From a virus (Duplodnaviria > Caudoviricetes): a DNA stretch of 37,191 nt. Below are positions 27,146 through 34,627 of the stretch, one piece after another. Under the pieces are notes generated by a model. It did no database searches. It saw nothing but the letters and a program-made list of their open reading frames with translations, and had not been told where the DNA came from. Numbering within the stretch: position 1 is the first letter of the stretch; each line of letters starts with the position of its first letter. The position numbers and the translations under genes were made by a program. Where the stretch lies: the IMG/VR virus record IMGVR_UViG_3300037047_000120, positions 1 to 37,191 of that record. The stretch is one strand, 5' to 3'.

Positions 27146-28204
27146 CTATCCAAGTCCTTCCGGGGTGGCGTATGACCAGACCTCAACCCCTTCCACCTTG
27201 TCAGATCGCAAACAAACCCGGCCGCAAAGAATTTCAACATCCTTGTGGTTGACCGTGTCTATTTCGACCATATAAACCCCGATCACATATCCCGGACGGT
27301 ATTTGGTGATCTTTCCCTGGTAGATCAGGCTGTACCAGCCAGCCTCATCCGGAACGGAAGCAGTAGCATACACATGCCTGGTCTTGAACTCAGCCTCCGT
27401 TGCCGTCGCCGCCATCTCCATGGCTATTTCCAACTTGTAAACGGTGAACGGTTTGAATAAAGCCGCCGCCTCCATTTCCAGCCGCTTTTCCTCGCTGACA
27501 GCCAAGGCTGAATACCTTTCCTCGGCTTCTTTCTTCTTGGCAATTGAGGCGAGTTCCAGTGTTCTTCGCACAGCCGCCGCCTTCCAGCGTTCTGTATGTT
27601 CCGGGTTGGACGCGATCAACCCCCTCAGGTATTTATTCAATGTGTGCGAATCGTCGCACTCTTTGAATCCATCCTCCATGGTAAATAAAGCATTTTGTCT
27701 GACCCTTTCCTCCTGGCGTTTTTCCGCCAGTTTTCGCTTATCAATGTGGATGATCATCTTCAGCAAGAACTTGCCGATCTCCTCCTCATCGGTGGGGATT
27801 GCTTTTTCGACATATTCACCCTTGCCCGTATTCGGGATATCGCTGATCAATTTCAAATATTCGACGATCTTATTTCCATAGATGTCCAAAATTCCCAATT
27901 TGATCCAGGCTCCCGCGATCGGCCGAACCTTCCAGGCAAGCCCCCATGGCCCACTGGTGACAATTCCTTCACAGCCGTGCCACCGAAAGGACTGGCTGTA
28001 TTCAATCCCGCCATTCCAGTTGATCGTGTAGACTGGCTCGTCCATGTCTTCAATTTCGTTCACCATCGACCCCAGCCAGGTCATCACATTGGTTTCAAAT
28101 TGATTGAGCCCTGCTGTTGCAACCGCCTCTCTAACTTTGCTGATCTCATCGGCTTCGCGGTTTGCCAGATCGACATATTTCTGTACTAACGGACTATTGA
28201 GCAT
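27146..28204 (-). CDS. Hypothetical protein
   Basis: 352-aa ORF with GGAGG RBS; no motif recognised. Confidence 0.7.
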   Translation of the reverse strand: MLNSPLVQKYVDLANREADEISKVREAVATAGLNQFETNVMTWLGSMVNEIEDMDEPVYTINWNGGIEYSQSFRWHGCEGIVTSGPWGLAWKVRPIAGAWIKLGILDIYGNKIVEYLKLISDIPNTGKGEYVEKAIPTDEEEIGKFLLKMIIHIDKRKLAEKRQEERVRQNALFTMEDGFKECDDSHTLNKYLRGLIASNPEHTERWKAAAVRRTLELASIAKKKEAEERYSALAVSEEKRLEMEAAALFKPFTVYKLEIAMEMAATATEAEFKTRHVYATASVPDEAGWYSLIYQGKITKYRPGYVIGVYMVEIDTVNHKDVEILCGRVCLRSDKVEGVEVWSYATPEGLG

Positions 28205-28421
28205 GTTTCACCTCCGCATTCGTATCCACATTGAGAAAAACGTGAACTTTGTTGGGATCATCCCTGTCCTGAATTCTGTCCGACCATTCAACGACCTGCC
28301 CAAGCGCGGGCAGCACATCATTGATCATGCTTGCCGCCCTGTCTACCATTTCTGGCGTACCTTTGATCCGCACACTCAGCCGATGCCTCATCATTTCTTC
28401 GCGAGTCCTATATCTGGCCAT
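28194..28421 (-). CDS. Hypothetical protein
   Basis: GAGGAG RBS; overlaps the next gene. Confidence 0.6.
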   Translation of the reverse strand: MARYRTREEMMRHRLSVRIKGTPEMVDRAASMINDVLPALGQVVEWSDRIQDRDDPNKVHVFLNVDTNAEVKHAQ

Positions 28422-28433
28422 AAAAAACTCCTC

Positions 28434-28808
28434 TCAATTCCCCCGGTAAAAGGGTTGAAATTCCGCCGGCAGCTGATCAATATTCCCGTCTACGCTCTCG
28501 TAGATCTGGGCATACATTTCGCTCCAGTCGTCTTTGTAAATCCTGATGGCATGGCTCCAGGGATGATCTGGATGGGCAATTGCGAAAACATTGATCGCCA
28601 CCTGGTATTCGATACTCTCACTGATAAACCCATGTTTTGCATCCAGCCGGTGGCCTTCCTCATGGATACAGGTTTTCGGTGTGGTGCAAAACAGAAAATC
28701 AATGCCGGGCAGATAAAATCCGCCTCGACCCAATGTCGCGAGATTGACCACACACCCTGCGGATAAACCAATGATCAGAGAACAAAAATAAAGGGTCTTG
28801 GCGCTCAC
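28434..28808 (-). CDS. Small HEXXH zinc metallopeptidase-like protein with hydrophobic N-terminus
   Basis: CIHEEGHRLD plus downstream SEMYA; signal- or lipoprotein-like IIGLSAGC. Confidence 0.6.
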   Translation of the reverse strand: MSAKTLYFCSLIIGLSAGCVVNLATLGRGGFYLPGIDFLFCTTPKTCIHEEGHRLDAKHGFISESIEYQVAINVFAIAHPDHPWSHAIRIYKDDWSEMYAQIYESVDGNIDQLPAEFQPFYRGN

Positions 28809-29059
28809 TGTGCCTCTCTTCTATTGATGTCCCCCTTCACTAAGGGGGAAACAGGGGGGATAGGTGACTCATTGGTACATTCGATGCCTTGGATTATTTC
28901 AGCCACAGATAAAGGGATCAATTGAAGATGTAAACCCATCGCGTTGACCACATTGAAAAGCATTTGAGCATGCATAATGCAGGCGTAGGTCTCATCCTTT
29001 CCCGGCCATGTATATCGAACAGTCGCAGGTCTTCCACATGGTTTTCTATCTGTCGCCAA
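28805..29059 (-). CDS. Small Cys/His protein with REP-derived C-terminus
   Basis: PCGRPA..ACIMHA; GTGA-coupled to the next gene. Confidence 0.55.
   Translation of the reverse strand: MATDRKPCGRPATVRYTWPGKDETYACIMHAQMLFNVVNAMGLHLQLIPLSVAEIIQGIECTNESPIPPVSPLVKGDINRREAQ
28830..28861 (+). repeat. REP-like element, family A, in-frame
   Basis: TCCCCCTT-CACT-AAGGGGGA-AACAGGGGGGAT; encodes IPPVSPLVKGD. Confidence 0.8.
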
Positions 29060-29062
29060 CTC

Positions 29063-30073
29063 TCACCTTACCTTTCCTATCGCCACACCCTCAACCGCCC
29101 GTTCCAGATCGTCCCAACCCGGTTTGGCATACCCGGCAGTGGTACTGAATTTGGCGTGCCCGGCAACAAATTGCACCGCGATCGGATCCATCCCCGCGTC
29201 CAACATCCTCTTAATCGCCGTGTGGCGAAAGCGGTGGGGAGTGAGATCTTCAACCTGGGCTTCGCGGCCAACATCCCCCACAATGTTCTGTATCTGGCGT
29301 GGCGAGATCGGAAATAAATAACCTTCTGCCTTGTCCCCCTTCTCGAAGGGGGATATAGGGGGATTCAAATAGGGCTTCAATGCCTCCCTGGCTTCCAGGC
29401 TCAGCGGGACGTTGCGCAGTTTTTGTCCTTTGCCATGAACAACGGCTTTGCCTTTGCGCTCTGAGATCGTGATATCCGTGTAACGCAGGGCGACAACCTC
29501 ACCCTCGCGCAGGGCGGCAAACAGCATCAACCCCGCCATGGCCACATTACGGCGGGCATCGTCTCTTTGTTGGGCGGTGTTGGCGTGGTCCACTGCGTGT
29601 TCCATCCAGCGGATCACCCGCCCGTATTCAATGGCATCCAGCCAGCGAGGCGGGAGCGAGACCGCCTCTGCTGACTGTAACCCGCGCGTGGGGTCATGGG
29701 AGATCGCCCCGATTACGCGCGCGTATTGGCAATAAACAGACAGGCTGGCTTTGCGCCGGTTCCAGGTGGATGGCGAACGCTGTTCCCGGTTAAGCGTGTG
29801 ATCACGCCAGGTGCGCAGATCATGTGAGGTCAATTTCTCAGGGGTGAAATCTTCTCCGTAATAATTGGCAAACCACATCTCGTACTGGTGAAAATCAGAA
29901 AGATAAGCCTGGATTGTTTTGCGAGAAGAACCCTGCTCTGAAAGCCACTCACCGAACCCATCACTTCCCCCCTTTTCTATAGAGGGAATGAGGGGGAATT
30001 TTTGAAGGATAACTGTATCCCCCGAGTCGATGGCACTGGTGGGGATGGGGAGATTTTTCATTTCAGTTATCAT
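29063..30073 (-). CDS. XerC/D-like tyrosine recombinase
   Basis: N-terminal SAM-like region (TIQAYLSDF); catalytic R (ALREGE), K (GKGQK), HRFRH, GH and Y all present. Confidence 0.92.
   Translation of the reverse strand: MITEMKNLPIPTSAIDSGDTVILQKFPLIPSIEKGGSDGFGEWLSEQGSSRKTIQAYLSDFHQYEMWFANYYGEDFTPEKLTSHDLRTWRDHTLNREQRSPSTWNRRKASLSVYCQYARVIGAISHDPTRGLQSAEAVSLPPRWLDAIEYGRVIRWMEHAVDHANTAQQRDDARRNVAMAGLMLFAALREGEVVALRYTDITISERKGKAVVHGKGQKLRNVPLSLEAREALKPYLNPPISPFEKGDKAEGYLFPISPRQIQNIVGDVGREAQVEDLTPHRFRHTAIKRMLDAGMDPIAVQFVAGHAKFSTTAGYAKPGWDDLERAVEGVAIGKVR
29334..29365 (+). repeat. REP-like element, family A, in-frame within the recombinase catalytic domain
   Basis: TCCCCCTTC-TC-GAAGGGGGA-TATAGGGGGATT; encodes NPPISPFEKGD. 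Confidence 0.8.
29966..30053 (+). repeat. Two family A elements in-frame in the recombinase N-terminal extension
   Basis: TCCCCCCTTTTCTATAGAGGGAATGAGGGGGAA and TCCCCCGAGTCGATGGCACTGGTGGGGATGGGGAGA. Confidence 0.7.
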
Positions 30074-30435
30074 TTCCCCACCTCACTTTGCCCCCCTTGG
30101 GAAAGGGGGGATTCGGGGGGGATTCCCTTGGTATCAACAAATTGATTGAATATTTCCCATCGAAGGGCCTCATTTACATCAGGTGATTGGAAAAGGATCC
30201 CCGCGCGAATTAATCGCCGCGCCACAAAGATCGCCTGTCCAAACTCCATGTTCCCCATCCCTAGATGCTCACGGAAAACACTCATATCCGCGCGCTGGAT
30301 TTTTGCCAATACAAGGATCGCCTTCGCCTGGCGTTTAACCCGCAGTCCTTCATCCTGGGTGCGCCCTGCCAGTTTGCACAGGTTCAAGGCTTCATCAACC
30401 ACCTTCATGCGTTCAACCGGTGAAATGGCTTTCAT
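30070..30435 (-). CDS. Hypothetical protein
   Basis: ATGA-coupled on both sides. Confidence 0.65.
   Translation of the reverse strand: MKAISPVERMKVVDEALNLCKLAGRTQDEGLRVKRQAKAILVLAKIQRADMSVFREHLGMGNMEFGQAIFVARRLIRAGILFQSPDVNEALRWEIFNQFVDTKGIPPESPLSQGGQSEVGK
30091..30124 (+). repeat. REP-like element, family A, in-frame at a gene end
   Basis: CCCCCCTT-GGGA-AAGGGGGG-ATTCGGGGGGGATT; encodes IPPESPLSQGG. Confidence 0.8.
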
Positions 30436-30797
30436 TTCTGCCCCCCTTGAAGAAGTGGGGTTGGGGGGATTTTGTCTGAGCCATTTATTGCCCCATCCAA
30501 AATCGAAAACTGTTCGGATGTCCAGTAATATCGATACCCGTCACGTGTTCGCTGCCCTGAAAGACCCATTTCTCGCAGTAACCGTCCAACTGCCTGGGCA
30601 GAAATTACTTCACCCGTTCTGACAGTCAATGCCGATGCCAGATCTTGCACGATCACGCTGGCAACTTCATTTACGTCCATTTCCATCACATTCCGCATGC
30701 AGGCCAGCAACTCACGCGCCTCTTCCCGCACACCCGGTAATACCGGTGAGGCAGCGATCACTGCTGCCAGCGTTTGTTTATCCAATAGCTCGTTCAT
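30432..30797 (-). CDS. Stand-alone winged-helix protein resembling the primase C-terminal domain
   Basis: VIVQDL..ISAQAVGRLLREMGL..QRTRDGY versus primase IKVGDL..LTPQGTGHKLRNDMQL..KRQRDGY. Confidence 0.65.
   Translation of the reverse strand: MNELLDKQTLAAVIAASPVLPGVREEARELLACMRNVMEMDVNEVASVIVQDLASALTVRTGEVISAQAVGRLLREMGLSGQRTRDGYRYYWTSEQFSILDGAINGSDKIPPTPLLQGGQK
30441..30471 (+). repeat. REP-like element, family A, in-frame at a gene end
   Basis: CCCCCCTT-GAAG-AAGTGGGG-TTGGGGGGATT; encodes IPPTPLLQGG. Confidence 0.8.
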
Positions 30798-30819
30798 TAT
30801 TCCTCCTGATGAATGTTTG

Positions 30820-30863
30820 TCCCCGTTGACTGAGCTTGTCGAAGCCGAAGGGGGGTTGTGGAT
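30820..30863 (+). repeat. Nested REP-like element (family B in family A)
   Basis: TCCCC-GTTGACTGAGCTTGTCGAAGCC-GAAGGGGGG-TTGTGGAT. Confidence 0.72.
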
Positions 30864-30974
30864 ATAAAATTTTTGGGATATTTCGGTGTGTTGGGGATAT
30901 TACGAATTCAAAAACTCGAATCCCTCAAAATAAATACTTTGTGCTACGCTATTTCAAGAAAGGAAATAGAAAAC

Positions 30975-31361
30975 ATGAAACGCGATTGGGACTTGATCAA
31001 AAAACTGACACTGTATATCCAGGAAAATGAATCTATCGAAAAGGTCTTTGCCACATCAGAACAATCCTTTGCTGATTTTTGCAAGAATGAAAAGATTGAA
31101 GAGACCCATGCCCTGGCACACCTTGCCATCATGCACGACGAAGGATTGTTCATCGGCAAGAACCCGAAATTCCTCGGCGGTGATTCCTTCTGGATTATTG
31201 AACGCCTGACAAATTCAGGGCATGATCTCATCGAACTGTCTGCCGATAAATCCAACTGGGAAAAAGCCAAAGAGACCATCAAATCCATGGGGTCCGTCAC
31301 TATTCCTTCAATGTTGGGGGTTCTGACAGAGATTTTTTTGAAGGCAATTGGCTTGAAGTAA
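30975..31361 (+). CDS. DUF2513-family winged-helix protein, counter-oriented moron
   Basis: MKRDWDLIKKL..HLAIMHDEGL..RLTNSGHDLI..WEKAK; ATG at 30975 with AAGGA RBS. Confidence 0.8.
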   Translation: MKRDWDLIKKLTLYIQENESIEKVFATSEQSFADFCKNEKIEETHALAHLAIMHDEGLFIGKNPKFLGGDSFWIIERLTNSGHDLIELSADKSNWEKAKETIKSMGSVTIPSMLGVLTEIFLKAIGLK

Positions 31362-31557
31362 GTAATTTCTGCATCAACATATCTGCGATACTGAATGCCG
31401 CAAGAGCACCCTCGTAGTAATCATTGGAAAATTTGGATAGTTCATAATACACAGCCATTTGATCTCGCAAAATCTCAGCAACCCTCAAAGGCAGTAGATC
31501 ATCCGGGTAGTTCTCCAGCTTTTTTCTAATGTCATCTACTGAAAGGATTTCCATCAT
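31300..31557 (-). CDS. Hypothetical protein
   Basis: ATG at 31557 coupled to the RHH stop; GGAGGGGAG RBS. Confidence 0.5.
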   Translation of the reverse strand: MMEILSVDDIRKKLENYPDDLLPLRVAEILRDQMAVYYELSKFSNDYYEGALAAFSIADMLMQKLLTSSQLPSKKSLSEPPTLKE

Positions 31558-31745
31558 CTCCCCTCCGCCTCCAGTGCCTCTTCCACCGATATCGTCGTCT
31601 GGGCTGCTTCCTCCAGCGCGGCAAAACACTGGCTCACTGCGAAATCGATCGTTGCCCCCTTGCCCCGGTACGTGAGCGCCATAATCGCTTCAATCTTGCG
31701 CTCCGTCTCCTCGCTAATTCGTACATTCAATGCTGTTGTTTTCAA
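31554..31745 (-). CDS. Ribbon-helix-helix regulator in the Cro position
   Basis: ALNVRISEETERKIEAIM....GKGATIDFAV; TTG at 31745 with GGAGG RBS; divergent from the repressor. Confidence 0.7.
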   Translation of the reverse strand: MKTTALNVRISEETERKIEAIMALTYRGKGATIDFAVSQCFAALEEAAQTTISVEEALEAEGR

Positions 31746-31772
31746 TGGGACCTCCAATATCTATTAGTGAAT

Positions 31773-31815
31773 AAACTATGTATATGTGAATAGTATAAGC
31801 ACATAAGTATAGTTT
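31773..31815. promoter_or_regulatory. Candidate operator inverted repeat overlapping the lytic promoter
   Basis: AAACTATGTATATGTG and CACATAAGTATAGTTT, 13 of 16 complementary. Confidence 0.55.
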
Positions 31816-31820
31816 GTCAA
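31792..31820 (-). promoter_or_regulatory. Early lytic promoter
   Basis: TTGACA-17 bp-TATACT. Confidence 0.82.
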
Positions 31821-31825
31821 CATAT

Positions 31826-31844
31826 TGCTATAATTTGCTACAAT
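31826..31844 (+). promoter_or_regulatory. Tandem extended -10 promoters for the repressor operon
   Basis: TGCTATAAT and TGCTACAAT 10 bp apart; the second lies 6 nt before ATG 31851. Confidence 0.7.
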
Positions 31845-31850
31845 TTGCCT

Positions 31851-32498
31851 ATGGATTTCAAAGACTGGATAACTCAAAAATACTTAACCTGGCGGGGGGA
31901 TAAATTTGGAAATGAAGGCTCCCAGGTAAAATTCGCTGAAGTTTTGGGGGTCAGTCAATCTATGCTTGCCAGGTGGATGTCCGGCACGAAACGACCCGGT
32001 GTCCAGAACCTGAAGGTCATTGCCAGCGTCTTTCCTGAAGTTTATGAGATCATGGGTCTGAGCATCGACGCGGCAAATCCAGGGGTTTCCATTCCGCTCC
32101 TCGGCCGCATTGCCGCGGGAACCGCTATCTCAATGCCGCATTCAGATTTCTCGCTTTATGAGCCCGAATCTTGCATCACCATCATGCGCAGCTGGCTTCC
32201 AAATAACATCGACCCATCCAAACTTTTTGCGCTTGAAGTGGAAGGTGATTCCATGATCGGCGAGGGTATCCACGATCGCGATATGATCGTCCTCCGCCAG
32301 GTCAAAACGGCCAATAATGGTGATCTGGTCGCCGTCCGATTGGATGACGATAACGCGGTCACCCTCAAAAAGTTTTACCGACAGAATGGAACAGTCCGCT
32401 TGCAGCCAGCCAATCCAGATATGGAACCAATCCTGGTCAATGCAGACCAGGTGCATATAGAAGGAAAAATAGTTATTTCAATCCGTAAGTGGTTCTAA
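31851..32498 (+). CDS. CI/LexA-like phage repressor (HTH plus S24 autopeptidase)
   Basis: SQVKFAEVLGVSQSMLARW HTH; IAAG cleavage site; GDSM Ser; TLKK Lys. Confidence 0.93.
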   Translation: MDFKDWITQKYLTWRGDKFGNEGSQVKFAEVLGVSQSMLARWMSGTKRPGVQNLKVIASVFPEVYEIMGLSIDAANPGVSIPLLGRIAAGTAISMPHSDFSLYEPESCITIMRSWLPNNIDPSKLFALEVEGDSMIGEGIHDRDMIVLRQVKTANNGDLVAVRLDDDNAVTLKKFYRQNGTVRLQPANPDMEPILVNADQVHIEGKIVISIRKWF

Positions 32499-32524
32499 TG
32501 CCAGAGTTATAAGGAGGGAATATT

Positions 32525-33028
32525 ATGGCTATGTGTAAGTTATGCGAGAAAAAAGGTATATTTTTTGCTGTTAACTCAATTGGATTATGTTCAAAATGCT
32601 ATCCAATTTATATGATAGAAACAAACCGTCCAAAGGTAATTTTACAAGAATCTCTCCAACTTATGGCGACTTCTAATAACATCGATGTCGTATATTCAAG
32701 ATTTGATGAGGCCATTCGAAACTTGAATTTCCTTTTACCTTTCGAACTTAAGGGAATTAAAACAATTGAATTAGCTCCTTCGGCAGTGATCAACACATTG
32801 AAAGAGGATAGGTTTAATATTATTTATGACGCAGCCGAAAGAGACTGGGAAAATGTTAAGAAAAACGTAGAAACTTTGAAAACAGTCAAAGGGAAAATCG
32901 CACGTTTAGAAAAGTTCAGACAAAAGATTGAGGGGATTAAAGAAAAGTATGAATTTCCAACCTCACTTGACTACATAATAGATAAATCTAAGAAACTTGA
33001 AGACCAGATTACAAATCAAAATTCATGA
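32525..33028 (+). CDS. Hypothetical protein with N-terminal CxxC..CxxC
   Basis: CKLC..CSKC; AT-rich; AAGGAGG RBS. Confidence 0.7.
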   Translation: MAMCKLCEKKGIFFAVNSIGLCSKCYPIYMIETNRPKVILQESLQLMATSNNIDVVYSRFDEAIRNLNFLLPFELKGIKTIELAPSAVINTLKEDRFNIIYDAAERDWENVKKNVETLKTVKGKIARLEKFRQKIEGIKEKYEFPTSLDYIIDKSKKLEDQITNQNS

Positions 33029-34620
33029 CCAACACCCTCTACTACGGCGACAACCTGGAAATCCTCCGGGAATACATCAAAGACGAATCGGTTGATCTGA
33101 TCTACCTCGATCCGCCCTTCAATTCGAACGCCAACTACAACGTCCTCTTTGCCGAACATTCCGGCGGCAAATCCTCAGCCCAGATCCAGGCCTTTGAAGA
33201 CACCTGGGAATGGGGACCCGATTCAGATGCCGCCTTTCGCGAAGTCGTAGAACGCGGCGGGCAGGTCAGCCTCGCCCTGCAAGCCTTCAGGCAATTGCTC
33301 GGCAACTCCAACATGATGGCATACCTCGCCATGATGGCACCGCGCCTCGTCGAACTGCACCGCGTCCTCAAACCCACCGGCAGCCTGTATTTGCACTGCG
33401 ACCCCACAGCCAGCCACTATCTGAAAATCCTTCTCGATGCAATATTTGGTGGAATTTGTTTTACAAACGAAATTATTTGGATTAGGTCATTACCTCACGG
33501 AAATGCTTTTAAACGATTCGGAAGTTCGCATGATGTTTTACTTTTTTATAAAAAAAACCAAAACGGAACTTGGAATGGATCTTTTATCCCTCATCGTCAA
33601 CAATATTTAGAACAGTTTTATAAATATTTTGAGCCAGATGGAAGAAGATATCGATTAATATCATGCATTAACCCTAATCCGAATCGCCCAAATTTAACAT
33701 ACGAATGGAATGGTGTCACAAAAGTTTGGAAATATACGAAACATCGAATGCAAAGAATGCATGATGAAGGTTTATTAGTCTATTCAAAATCAGGTACTCC
33801 ATCTTATAAAGGATACCTAGATAACATGCAGGGAACTTCAACTCAGGATGTTTGGGTGGATATTCCGCCTTTAATGGGGTCTGCAACCGAGCGCCTTGGC
33901 TACCCTACCCAGAAACCCCAGGCACTCCTCGAACGCATCATCAATGCTTCCTCCAATCCCGGCGATATTGTTCTCGATCCCTTTTGCGGCTGCGGCACAG
34001 CCGTAGCCGCCGCTCAGGCGCTTAACCGTCAATGGCTCGGCATCGATATAACCCAGCTGGCTATCGCTCTCATCAAAGACCGCCTTGCCACCTCTGCCCC
34101 CGATGCCAAATACCAGGTCATCGGCGAACCAACCACCGAAGAAGAAGCCCGTACCCTTGCCGCCCAAGATCCCTACCAGTTCCAGTGGTGGGCGCTCTCA
34201 CTCGTTGGCGCGCGTCCTGTCGAAAAGAAAAAAGGCGCCGATCAGGGCATCGATGGCCGCTTATTCTTCCACTTCGACAACAGCGACGAAACCCACCAGG
34301 TCATCTTCTCCGTCAAAGCGGGCAACCTCAACCCCGGTTACGTCCGCGATCTGCATGGCGTTATCGACCGCGAAAACGCCGAAATGGGCGTCCTGCTCAC
34401 CTTCAACCCGCCCACAAAACCCATGCTCAACGAAGCCCTTGATGCCGGTTATTACAAAACCGCCTGGGGAGATCACCCCCGGCTGCAAATCCTCACCGTC
34501 GGAGAGCTCCTTGCCGGCAAAAAGATCGACATGCCACCCATCCATAGAACAGGCAACGCCACCCTTAAAAAAGCCCCCCGGCAAAAGCCATCAACGGGGC
34601 AGGGGAAGCTCGAATTATAA
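33025..34620 (+). CDS. Beta-class N6A/N4C DNA methyltransferase with C-terminal Mrr-like domain
   Basis: IYLDPPF precedes LDPFCGCGT; YPTQKP; C-terminal DQGIDG..SVKAG. Confidence 0.92.
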   Translation: MTNTLYYGDNLEILREYIKDESVDLIYLDPPFNSNANYNVLFAEHSGGKSSAQIQAFEDTWEWGPDSDAAFREVVERGGQVSLALQAFRQLLGNSNMMAYLAMMAPRLVELHRVLKPTGSLYLHCDPTASHYLKILLDAIFGGICFTNEIIWIRSLPHGNAFKRFGSSHDVLLFYKKNQNGTWNGSFIPHRQQYLEQFYKYFEPDGRRYRLISCINPNPNRPNLTYEWNGVTKVWKYTKHRMQRMHDEGLLVYSKSGTPSYKGYLDNMQGTSTQDVWVDIPPLMGSATERLGYPTQKPQALLERIINASSNPGDIVLDPFCGCGTAVAAAQALNRQWLGIDITQLAIALIKDRLATSAPDAKYQVIGEPTTEEEARTLAAQDPYQFQWWALSLVGARPVEKKKGADQGIDGRLFFHFDNSDETHQVIFSVKAGNLNPGYVRDLHGVIDRENAEMGVLLTFNPPTKPMLNEALDAGYYKTAWGDHPRLQILTVGELLAGKKIDMPPIHRTGNATLKKAPRQKPSTGQGKLEL

Positions 34621-34627
34621 AAACTAA

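Noticed and set aside
326-30863. CRISPR array formed by the repeats
   Set aside because: Copies are dispersed, variable and not regularly spaced; no cas genes.
34574-34607. Family A element at the MTase 3' end
   Set aside because: Weak stem, and the peptide (KKAP..Q..L) is a normal C-terminus for this MTase type.
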